IMG/VR virus record: IMGVR_UViG_2061766007_000959
Direction: 5' to 3' (one strand)
From: a virus
Taxonomy: Duplodnaviria > Caudoviricetes
Length of the DNA stretch: 64,000 nt
Of this stretch, positions 28,072-37,754 are shown in pieces. The notes beneath the pieces were generated by a model, which saw nothing but the letters and a program-made list of their open reading frames with translations, was not told where the DNA came from and did no database searches. Position 1 is the first letter of the stretch. Each line of letters begins with the position of its first letter. The position numbers and the translations under genes were made by a program.

Positions 28072-28329
28072 ATGAAAAATACAGTTGTTTCTATAATACT
28101 TATATTTATTTGTATGTTTATAGCCATTTTTCTTTATTGCCGTCCGCAAAAAGATGTGGCAAGACGTGTAACATCTGATGATTTTGCAGTTATCGAATAT
28201 GATAGTTGCGAGTATGTTATTAGAAGTGCGGGGTATCAAGGATTTCTTGCACACAAAGGTAATTGCAAGTATTGTGCTGAAAGGCGCAAACAAGAACTAC
28301 AGGAAGTTATAAAAGCAATGGAGGAATGA
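28072..28329 (+). CDS. Membrane-anchored protein with HKGNCKYC motif
   Basis: N-terminal TM helix; CEY...HKGNCKYC. Confidence 0.65.
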   Translation: MKNTVVSIILIFICMFIAIFLYCRPQKDVARRVTSDDFAVIEYDSCEYVIRSAGYQGFLAHKGNCKYCAERRKQELQEVIKAMEE

Positions 28330-28529
28330 GACCTATGACAAAGTATAGAATAATAGAGATTGAGCGTTTTAAAGCCGATAAGATTTATATATCGCAAAAA
28401 CGGCTATTTGGTTTCCTGTGGTGGTATAACTTTCTAAACAACCGTGTCTTTTTTACTCAAAAAGAAGCCGAAGAAGCAATTGAGTTTGATATGTGGAAAG
28501 ATAAGAAAAGAATTGTAAAAACTTACTAA
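28326..28529 (+). CDS. Hypothetical protein
   Basis: KYRIIE...FGFLWW. Confidence 0.55.
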   Translation: MRPMTKYRIIEIERFKADKIYISQKRLFGFLWWYNFLNNRVFFTQKEAEEAIEFDMWKDKKRIVKTY

Positions 28530-28728
28530 ACTATGGAACTTGGCTTGTTGATGTCGAAATTGGAACGAATCCGAATGTCGGTCGGTGACGCGGCGGAGGT
28601 TCGTATTGTCAGTGACGATGACATGACGGATTGTGAGATATGTGACGTGGCTGTCGCAACCGATGATGATGAAAAACCGTATGTCGCGGTGGTATTTAAT
28701 TCGTGATTATAAATGGAGGGGAACATAT

Positions 28729-28974
28729 ATGGTCAAAAAGAAAAACGAAACCGTTGTCCGTTACTGTAGGGACTGTGCGTTGTCGAAACCCGACATGAAG
28801 TTCGAGAACCTGTCGTTGGACGGGAAACCCACGTTGTTGTCATGTCCGCATCAAGAATGGCGGATGGTGATAACGACGACGGAAGTGTGTTCGCACTACA
28901 CGGAAAAGAAACCCGTGATGGAAGATAACTTCGTTACAGAAAACAAATTGATGGACGATTGGATGAATTGGTGA
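28729..28974 (+). CDS. Small Cys-containing protein
   Basis: CRDC...CPH...CSH. Confidence 0.55.
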   Translation: MVKKKNETVVRYCRDCALSKPDMKFENLSLDGKPTLLSCPHQEWRMVITTTEVCSHYTEKKPVMEDNFVTENKLMDDWMNW

Positions 28975-29018
28975 GTTATTTGTATATTTGTGATTGTAAT
29001 TTTCTTCATATAATTGGT

Positions 29019-30504
29019 GTCAAGGAAACCACGAAATCTTTAGTTTCGTGGAGGAATTGACACAAGCCTTTTTTTTGTTTAACATATATTTTATGCAAAA
29101 AAAATGAAAAATTATAATATAATATGAATATTTTTAATTATATTTGCTATCTATAAGAAAGAAACGAATTTTACGATGTATTTGACCACAAAAATAACAC
29201 AAACTGAACACAATAGCGAGGTTGACTTGTCTATACTCGCACACTTGTGCTATCATTCAGCAAGGTTGTACAATGTTGGTCTATACTCCGTTAGACAACA
29301 CTATTTCAATACACAAAAATACCTTCCTTATTACGAAAATTACAAAGAGTGCAAGGAGAATGAAAATTATAGCATCCTTCTTTCGGATTGTTCCCAACAA
29401 ATACTACGTCTTGTAGATAGGGATATGCAGTCGTTCTTCAAACTTCTTACATTGAAGAAAAGCGGTAAGTATTCCGATAAGGTCAAACTTCCAAAATACA
29501 AGAAGGCAGACGAACTTGCTATCTGCACAATTCAAGGTAGGAGTTGCCGTATCCAAAAGGATGGTCGTGTGGCAATAGGTCTAACAAAGGAATTCCGTAA
29601 GAAGTACCAAATCAACGAAAGACGAATCCTATTCACAATCCCAAAGAATATTAGGTGCGTTTCCGAATTTAAAGAAATAAGGATAATACCGCAATTCAAC
29701 GGAAAACAATTTTCAATAGAGTTTATCTACGAATCAAAGAAGGATTTAAAACAATCGGTAGGTGATGGCTATATGTCAATAGACTTGGGATTAGACAACC
29801 TCGTTGCAAGTACAATCTTTTCTAATGGTGGCGTTCAGCAATTCTTGATTGATGGACGAAGACTGAAAAACATAAACCACTATTACAATAAGAAAGTTGC
29901 AACGCTAAAGGGAGAATACGACAAGAAAGGTATAAGTCATAACACCAAACGAATGCTTCGTCTAATCAATGGTAGGTACAACCGCATCAACGATTATTTC
30001 AACAAGTCCGTTCAGTTGATAATCAACAAGTGCATTGAAAACGGAGTTACCACATTGGTAATCGGATATAATAAGGAACAAAAACAAGAAATCAACATCG
30101 GTAAGGTTAACAACCAAAACTTTGTTATGATACCATTGCATAAGTTCCGACAAAAGTTGAAATACAAATGTGAGTTGCACGGAATCAAATATTGTCCACA
30201 AGAAGAAAGTTACACATCTAAAGCAAGTTGTCTTGACGATGATAAAATTCCTACTTATGGCGAGAATGAGACTACGAAATTCAGTGGAAAACGCATCCAC
30301 AGAGGTTTGTACAAGTCTGCTGACGGAAAAGTTCTTAATGCGGACATAAATGGGAGTGTGAACATTCTCAAAAAATACCTAATTTCAAGTAAATCAAATG
30401 TTGTTTTTACAACAGATGATGTAAGAGTGCTTGTAAACGCACCTTGTAAAAGACTTTCAGTATTTTGCTAAAGCCCACGAATCTTTAGTTCGTGGGCAGT
30501 TTAC
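29019..30504 (+). mobile_element. TnpB-only IS200/IS605-family (IS1341-like) element
   Basis: Related subterminal hairpins ccacgaaa-tctttag-tttcgtgg (left) and gcccacgaa-tctttag-ttcgtgggc (right) flank tnpB; no tnpA. Confidence 0.85.
29176..30471 (+). CDS. tnpB: TnpB RNA-guided endonuclease, rearranged RuvC-II type
   Basis: ARLYN, SIDLGLDNL (RuvC-I), LVIGYN, QEESYTSKAS, NADINGSVNI (RuvC-III). Confidence 0.9.
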   Translation: MYLTTKITQTEHNSEVDLSILAHLCYHSARLYNVGLYSVRQHYFNTQKYLPYYENYKECKENENYSILLSDCSQQILRLVDRDMQSFFKLLTLKKSGKYSDKVKLPKYKKADELAICTIQGRSCRIQKDGRVAIGLTKEFRKKYQINERRILFTIPKNIRCVSEFKEIRIIPQFNGKQFSIEFIYESKKDLKQSVGDGYMSIDLGLDNLVASTIFSNGGVQQFLIDGRRLKNINHYYNKKVATLKGEYDKKGISHNTKRMLRLINGRYNRINDYFNKSVQLIINKCIENGVTTLVIGYNKEQKQEINIGKVNNQNFVMIPLHKFRQKLKYKCELHGIKYCPQEESYTSKASCLDDDKIPTYGENETTKFSGKRIHRGLYKSADGKVLNADINGSVNILKKYLISSKSNVVFTTDDVRVLVNAPCKRLSVFC

Positions 30505-30530
30505 TGTTAACACAACTATTATTTTCATGA

Positions 30531-30567
30531 ACCGCCCAACGCTGTGATAGCAGTGGGGCGGTTTTTT
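30531..30567 (+). terminator. Hairpin terminator
   Basis: accgccc...gggcggt followed by a T run. Confidence 0.55.
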
Positions 30568-30879
30568 GACGGCGGAACAAAACGCACCCGTGTTGGTGGA
30601 TTCCGCCGTTTTTTGTGCCAGGTATTTGTATTTGACATTCAAACGGTTATATCCAAAACACCCCGAAACGTGACCCGATATGTGCCGCCCTGTGTAAACT
30701 TGTATATAATGTGGTCGGGATTTCCTATGCAAATAAAAACGTGTTGATTCATAATAAAATACAATAAAATGTGATTTCCTATGCAAATAAATATAATAAT
30801 ATGTTTGTTATATTAAAATAATTTATATATTTGCAACACCGTTACAATAGTGTGGCGGACGACTAAAAACATAAATGAC

Positions 30880-31155
30880 ATGACAAGACCATCAAAGTAT
30901 TTGGCGATGTACAACGGTCGGGCGATTCCGTTCGACGACATACGGGATTTCGCGGTAAACGAATTGGGGTTTGACGTTATCCCGAAGGATGATAACGACG
31001 GTTGGAGAATAGTTATCAACGGGAAAACCATACCGACGACCTATTCGGACGAATGGACGCGGGACGAGGTTATTGAAGACTTTTTGGAATCGATGTTACT
31101 CGTCCATGTGGAACAATATGTGTACGGTTTGTATTTTTACGAAGCGATGAAATGA
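30880..31155 (+). CDS. Hypothetical protein
   Basis: Follows promoter near 30827. Confidence 0.6.
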   Translation: MTRPSKYLAMYNGRAIPFDDIRDFAVNELGFDVIPKDDNDGWRIVINGKTIPTTYSDEWTRDEVIEDFLESMLLVHVEQYVYGLYFYEAMK

Positions 31156-31324
31156 TAACAAAATGGTATGAGGTAACGTGTGATTGTTGCGGCGTGGCGA
31201 TAAACCATTACATCGAACAGAAACCCACGAAACAAATGTTGGTGGATGACGGTTGTGTCATCCGTAACGGAAAAATATTCTGCACGAAACAATGTTTTGA
31301 ACGGTATTATAAAAACACAAAAAA

Positions 31325-31564
31325 ATGAATAGAAACGAACAAATCAAACAGGCGGCTTTTAGTAGATTCTGTTTGAGTCAGTCGATAACATTCGGTTTAC
31401 AGTGCGATTCTTTTGCGGAGGGTGCGAAATGGGCGGACGAACATATTTCCGCCGAAACATTCCGACATTGTATCGCGATGTTGAACAACACCTGTTTCGA
31501 GGACGGCACGGGTGTCGAAGATTCCGAAATCGAATACACAATCAAACAAAGGGGGTTGGTATGA
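31325..31564 (+). CDS. GAKWADEH family protein
   Basis: Motif match to 1948. Confidence 0.7.
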   Translation: MNRNEQIKQAAFSRFCLSQSITFGLQCDSFAEGAKWADEHISAETFRHCIAMLNNTCFEDGTGVEDSEIEYTIKQRGLV

Positions 31565-31974
31565 CACGCGAGGAAATGTTGAAACGACACATCGTGCGCG
31601 AATCGGAAATAAAACAGGCGGCGACCGCACACGCCGACGCGAAGGAAAAAGCGGCGGATTGTGGCACGGAATTTTCGACCCCTGAATTGGCGGACGCGTT
31701 CGCCAATGGTGCGAAATGGGCGGACGAACATCCGTATTGGCGACCCAATGTAGAACAGTTGGAAGTGCTGATGCGGGTCATTCTTGAGGAACGCGGTGTT
31801 GACCCGCGACCCGAAGGCGCGAACCTGTATTTCGCGCGGACGCTCGAATCGTTGCACCAAGACATCATGCACCATTTCGTCAACCCTAAATTGACGGAAC
31901 GGAAGATAATCGAAACGGTCGGTTCGGCGCGTGCGGACGATGACGACGATTTTTACGAAACGTTACACACGTAA
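31561..31974 (+). CDS. GAKWADEHP family protein
   Basis: ATGA overlap; WRPNVEQL resembles WKPTDEQL of 1948. Confidence 0.7.
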   Translation: MTREEMLKRHIVRESEIKQAATAHADAKEKAADCGTEFSTPELADAFANGAKWADEHPYWRPNVEQLEVLMRVILEERGVDPRPEGANLYFARTLESLHQDIMHHFVNPKLTERKIIETVGSARADDDDDFYETLHT

Positions 31975-31994
31975 ACGGAAGGGACGGTATAAAA

Positions 31995-33087
31995 ATGAAA
32001 CACGATTTGAACATTAACAACGTGACGGTTTCACGGTGTGAAACGGTTGATGGGAACGGGGATATTACGGTGGACGCGACGGTTCACGTTTATCTCGACC
32101 CCGTGATTCCGAAACAGGGTTCATGGACGGGTTTGTTCACGGCGGAATTTGAAAACGGTGAATGTGTAACCATTAAAAATTTTAAATCATGATAAAATTG
32201 GAAAAACAAGACATTGTGTATTTGCTTAACAGTATTGTCGAATATGACGACACGGTTTTGATTATTTATCAGAAACCCGTGAACGTGAACGGTGTGTTGG
32301 CACATTCGAGCAGGTGTTCCTACGATTACGACAAGGAAAAATACTGCATAGTGTGGTATGACGGCGGTGTGAACGAAATATGTACGGATTACTACATATT
32401 CGATGACGCGGCGTTGGTGTTGTCAGACGATATTGACGAATCCGAAAACGCCGTGTACGCGATAGAATACGAATAAAAAAACGGGAATTATGAAACAAAG
32501 TGAAGTATTCAAAATCAAACAACAGGGTATCGGTTACAACCGAAACCGTGTTGACGTGTGGGTTGACGATTACGGAATCGACGCGGTGTCTTGGATGTTG
32601 GCAAACGGGTATTTGAAACATTCTAAAAAACATTACCGTGGGGAAAATCCGACACATGTTTATTACGAATTTACGTTCAAGGGTGTATGGTTGCACCGTT
32701 GGCATGAATGTTCGGTGTGGGATTTTTTCTATTATTACGTGTTTCATTTGTGTTACGTGCGGTATTGGTTTCGTCGGTTGGCGGATTGGTTCGGACGGAA
32801 ACACAACGAATACGACGGTGTTGACCTCGATTTGATTTGAAATGGAATTGGTGAAACGCAAACGGGAATACCCCGTGGACGGTGTGTTCAACATCGGGCG
32901 CGGGATGTACCAAGTCAGGGAAGCGGACGGACGGTATTACACAAAGTTCGATTCCGACGGAATACGCGAGTACGAATGTCGTTCGTGCTGTTTCCGAATG
33001 AACCGTGACCGTGGTTCGTGCGCGATGTTGGCGTGCCGCGCGTCGGAACGTTCGGACGGGCGCGAGGTCGTTTTCCAAAAAATTTGA
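31995..33087 (+). other. Four small hypothetical CDSs (31995-32192, 32189-32476, 32490-32840, 32842-33087)
   Basis: Contiguous + strand ORFs; the last has a CxxC...C...RSDGREVVF motif. Confidence 0.6.
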
Positions 33088-33152
33088 AAACGGGTGTTGT
33101 ATGTAACAAAAACATTATTACATTTACAACCGAATTTTAAAACGAATGAATT

Positions 33153-34041
33153 ATGGTTAATGAATTAACGAAACTGCATTTAACGAAAGACGACCTGAAG
33201 GTTTTGAAACATTTACGGTCAATCGACAATTTGTTCAAAAAGGGTGATTTAACCATATGGGGGTTGTTTGCGGACAACGGCACGATGAAGGTGTTGAAAA
33301 CGGTCTATTCCGAGGATTACACGGTTGAAACGTTTTACGACATAACGTGTGACGGGGGCGACCCTGACAGTGGCGGGAGACTTGGCATACGTTCGGATGA
33401 TGAACTTGAAAATTTATATTTATATGAACAGGAGGGTTGAATCATGCAATCAACAACAATGACGGGCGAAGCGCGTGATATTTCGATACAATGTCCGACG
33501 GAATATGAAAACAAGGGTTACACGGACGAAGTGTACGTGCGGTTACAACGTTACAACGCCGCGATGTCGGCGATGGAGTGGATGGTTGGGCGTGTGACCG
33601 AATGGTTGAACGAGAACGCGACGTTCTACGCGCATTTCGACGATTTTTCCAAACTTGACGAAATGGTCGAGGATTTGAAAAACGACATCGAACGTGGGGA
33701 ATGACTAAAAATGTACGGTCATGGCAACGGACAGAAGGGCATATTACCGTGAATACAACAAAAAACACGGCGACCGACACCGAAAGGGATATTACCACGA
33801 ATACAACGCGGCTCACCCCGAACGGTTGAACCGTGGGTACACGAAAGGGTATGTGAACGGGAATGTGTCGGAGGGCAGATTGGATAAAAAAGAGTGGTTA
33901 AACAAGACGTTGGGAGTATATGTTATCGGACACGATGAGTTCGGAATGCCGATAACGAACGATGCGATGACCAACCTGCTGATTGAAAAAGAGTGGCAGT
34001 GGCACGATGACGATTGGTGCGAAGGAATCGATGACGATTGA
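33153..34041 (+). other. Three small hypothetical CDSs (33153-33440, 33444-33704, 33721-34041)
   Basis: Behind the palindromic site at 33103; the last has YYREYN/YYHEYN repeats. Confidence 0.6.
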
Positions 34042-34143
34042 AAATAATTTCAATATTGTGCATCACATAACAAAAACATTATTACATTTACAACCGAATT
34101 TGAAATAGATAACTTTTTAATAAACATTTAAAAAACAATAACT

Positions 34144-34353
34144 ATGGCAGAGGGAAATCAAACAGTTCAAGGGGGAATTGGAATCTTTGAACTTCTTACG
34201 GTGGTGTTTATCGTGTTGAAACTGACGAAAGTGATTGATTGGTCTTGGTGGTGGGTGTTAGCACCAACCTGGGGTTCTGTGGTGTTGATTTTGTTGGTTG
34301 CGATTATTAGCGGAACAATTGAGTGGCGGAAATACAAAAAGTTCAACGAATAG
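34144..34353 (+). CDS. Small membrane protein (FIVLKL...IDWSWWWVLAP family)
   Basis: Two TM segments; common phage motif. Confidence 0.75.
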   Translation: MAEGNQTVQGGIGIFELLTVVFIVLKLTKVIDWSWWWVLAPTWGSVVLILLVAIISGTIEWRKYKKFNE

Positions 34354-34359
34354 GCGAAT

Positions 34360-34791
34360 ATGAAACAGGTGTTTGAAACGGGTGATTGGGTTGAAATCAA
34401 CGGGAAACCCGAACAGATATGCGCGGTACACGAAAGGAGGGTGTCGTACCGTGTCGGTGGTGACAAAACGTCACACCCGATTTGGGTGTTCAACAACGCC
34501 GTCAAACCGATACCCCTGACGGCGGAAGTGTTTTTCAACAACGGGTTCAAATGCACGGGTGTTCACGAGGTGAAGATGAATGATATTGGTGTCATCGGGG
34601 TGGTTAAGGAACGGTTCATATACAAGGATGATGATTGTTATGTGACGGTGACACCAATCGGTGATTCTTGGAACGTGACACATGTCCTGTATGATGCGTC
34701 ACAACCGACGAACTCCGCGACGGTAAGAAACGTACACGAACTCCAACACGCGTTTGGTCTGTTCGGGGTTGATATTAAAATACGGATGTAA
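34360..34791 (+). CDS. Phage protein, PIPLT...NGF...VHELQ family
   Basis: Paralogs at 36580 and 38679. Confidence 0.7.
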   Translation: MKQVFETGDWVEINGKPEQICAVHERRVSYRVGGDKTSHPIWVFNNAVKPIPLTAEVFFNNGFKCTGVHEVKMNDIGVIGVVKERFIYKDDDCYVTVTPIGDSWNVTHVLYDASQPTNSATVRNVHELQHAFGLFGVDIKIRM

Positions 34792-34796
34792 TAACA

Positions 34797-35042
34797 ATGG
34801 AAACAATTAAAAATAACATGGATATGAAACAGGTGTTTAAAACAGGTGATGGGGTTAAAATCAACGAAAATTCCAAACAAACACAAAGGGATTTGATGAC
34901 GCTTTCTTTTGATGAGGCGCAAAACCTATCAACAGCAGACAAGATGCTTTGGGCGGAATCGCATAACAAAGGGGCGAATCTTTACCACGTCAATATGCAG
35001 GGGGAATTAAAAGAAGTGCCAACGGCGGGTTGGTGGTATTAA
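34797..35042 (+). CDS. Small protein with N-terminus duplicated from 34360
   Basis: MKQVF(E/K)TGDxV(E/K)IN shared at nucleotide level. Confidence 0.5.
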   Translation: METIKNNMDMKQVFKTGDGVKINENSKQTQRDLMTLSFDEAQNLSTADKMLWAESHNKGANLYHVNMQGELKEVPTAGWWY

Positions 35043-35067
35043 AAACAGTTACAAATTAGCAACAACA

Positions 35068-36210
35068 ATGGAAAGTCTGAAAGAAAAATACGATGACTAC
35101 GCACGGTGTATCGATGACGCGAACGTATTGTTGGGTGCGATTGAACACTTGGAGGAAACTCCGATTGTGAAAGCGGTAAGACGCGTCCTTAAATTCGAGG
35201 AAATCGATGTCGCCAAAGAAAACATGGAACGGTTGCGGTACGGAATCGAACACGGACGCGAACACGAACGCGATTTCAGGGATGGGGATTTTATTGCGGA
35301 CGAACATTCAATCATGCTGTTTAAGGAATTTGGCGGTGACGGGTTTACCGATTATCCCGTCGTTTACGCGGCGTACAACCGCAAAAACGATGACATATTT
35401 GCCATACATGAAAGTTTGAAATGTTATCACGGTTTGGGTTTGGAATTTGCAACAGACCCCGAAAGAACAATACTTTTGAACAAACTGAAGGAACGGGGTT
35501 ACGAATGGAATCCCGACAAATTGGAACTAATCGAAATTGACAATAACAACAATAATAACAAAAAAATGGAAACAAAAACAATTGAATTTGATGTCGAAAA
35601 AGCGATGTCGGGGTTGTATGACGTGTTTGACACGGACGGAAACCCCGTAAGAATAATCTGTTGGGATTATTCAGGTACGAATTATCCGATAATCGGTTTG
35701 GTGTTTAAGAAAAACGAACGTGAATACGTCGAGTATTACAGTATAGGCGGACAATCTTTCGTGAACGACGGGGTGAATTTGCGCCTTAAACCGAAAGTAG
35801 CGTCGTTGTTGGACAAACAGTTGACTGAATTTGAAACGGCGGTCGGGTACGCGATATGGCATGCGTCACCGTCGGATTTTGAAGAAGACCCAAAAGAGTT
35901 GCGCAGGTTGAAAGACTGTGCGGCGTATCTGTACGGTGTCGCCGAACGACAAATCCTTGACGGACAGGGGGGACACGCCGCCGCAACCACGGGGGACACA
36001 CAATCCGCGACAATACCGAACGTGAAGGAGGTTTGTTACGACGGGTTGAAAAAAAAGGACGACTACGACGTGATATGCGAACACATCACCGACACGAAAT
36101 TGTCTGACATGGCGAACACCCGACTGAATAATTGCGGTTGGTTCGTGTGCGACAAAAAAATAGTTAAACATTTGATTGATTCTATAACCGAAATAGAACA
36201 TAATTTGTAG
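35068..36210 (+). CDS. Multi-domain hypothetical protein, probable gene fusion
   Basis: Internal NNNNNKKMETK resembles a read-through 5' UTR; GNPVRIICWD motif. Confidence 0.65.
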   Translation: MESLKEKYDDYARCIDDANVLLGAIEHLEETPIVKAVRRVLKFEEIDVAKENMERLRYGIEHGREHERDFRDGDFIADEHSIMLFKEFGGDGFTDYPVVYAAYNRKNDDIFAIHESLKCYHGLGLEFATDPERTILLNKLKERGYEWNPDKLELIEIDNNNNNNKKMETKTIEFDVEKAMSGLYDVFDTDGNPVRIICWDYSGTNYPIIGLVFKKNEREYVEYYSIGGQSFVNDGVNLRLKPKVASLLDKQLTEFETAVGYAIWHASPSDFEEDPKELRRLKDCAAYLYGVAERQILDGQGGHAAATTGDTQSATIPNVKEVCYDGLKKKDDYDVICEHITDTKLSDMANTRLNNCGWFVCDKKIVKHLIDSITEIEHNL

Positions 36211-36214
36211 GAAT

Positions 36215-37708
36215 ATGGTATTTACGATTCACAACAACAATCAGGTTATTTTCGATGTCGAATTTTGGCTCGAACCGTCTGACCATGAAATCAACCTTTG
36301 GTACAGTAGAATAAAAATAACACCCGTTACGAACGGGATAATCGACCTTGTTTCCCGATTGATTTGGGACGGTGCGGAAAACCTCGACGCGTTGAAATCG
36401 GACGCGCGTGAAATAACGCATCTATTTTATTGGTTGAATGGTGAACCGAACGAGTCACTTCCTATCGAGGCGGCGGAGAAACGTCATTACCATGTGTTTA
36501 TGCCGCACATACGGGAAGTGTTGGAACGGTTCTGTGACAAATACAATTTAGAATTGAACATAGATTAATATTTACAAATATGAAAGTAGTAGTGGTAAAA
36601 GACATTGGCAAATGGGTGTTTTGGTCGGAAGAATCACCAAACGAAAACGGTGATTACGACATGTTTTTCAGTCCGCACAAAATAACGTATGACGATTTGG
36701 TTTTTGCGAACAAAAACGGTTGGAGCGACCCCGATTGGAAGGTGTTTACAAGACGGATTCCGATTGTACCCGACGTTTTGGTGAAAAACGGTTTTAGGGA
36801 AACGACGGGCGGAATAAAAAACCTGTTGTGGTGTTTGAAAACGGACGACGTTTTAATTGAAATGCGCGAAGTCATACCGAACGTGTATGAAACAATCGTA
36901 CACAAGGACGTGTCGGATTTGGGCGACAGTAGGGTGTTTATTAGATTCGTTGACCAATTGCAAACCGTGTTTGAATTGTGCGGAATCGATAAAGATATTG
37001 ATTTGAACGGTGTTGATTTTCATTGTAATATGTTAATTCCATAAAAAATACAATTATATGAATTGGGAATTGAAATGTCCGTATTGCGGAAAGGAAATCG
37101 ACCTCGATTTCACGGATTATTGGGATTACATTTACGATGAGGAGGTGTTCCAACGCGAATGCCCCGAATGTGGCATGGTGTTGAACGTACACCCGACCGT
37201 CACGGTGAATTTCACGTTGGATAAATGTTTGTGTCAGGGCGAAAACCATGTTTGGGAATTGACTAAAACATATCCGTTGTGTTACGCCAAAATGGAATGC
37301 GTGCATTGCGGCGAAACGCGTTCGTTGACGGAAATGGAAAAAATTAAATACAATGTCCCGTCGGTGACGGATTATATCAATAATTTGCAAAAGGAGGATT
37401 GACCTATGACGACACTATTTATTATTTTATCCAACCTGATAGTGGCTGGTTTGGTTTATTTTACATGGCGCAACGAAGCCGTGTATAGAATGCGCCAACG
37501 CGCCAATAACGCCTGTTACACCTATCAGATGTATTGCATCAATTCCCAAAATTGGGAACAACTCGAACATTCAAATAAAATTGCGGACGGAATACGGAAC
37601 AGGAATGATTACGACAAAATGTTCTTTTCGTTCCGACCCGTTAAAATCGAAAAATGGTACACACCGTCCGAATGTGAAATAATCGAAAAATTTTCAACCG
37701 ACGATTGA
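36215..37708 (+). other. Four hypothetical CDSs (36215-36568, 36580-37044, 37058-37402 Zn ribbon, 37406-37708 membrane-anchored)
   Basis: CPYC/CPEC/CVHC in 37058; N-terminal TM helix in 37406. Confidence 0.62.
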
Positions 37709-37754
37709 TATAATAAAACAATTATTATATTTGCGGTGATAAATATTAACAACA

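Noticed and set aside
29176-30471. Cas12f or other type V effector
   Set aside because: No CRISPR array; flanked by IS200/IS605 end hairpins
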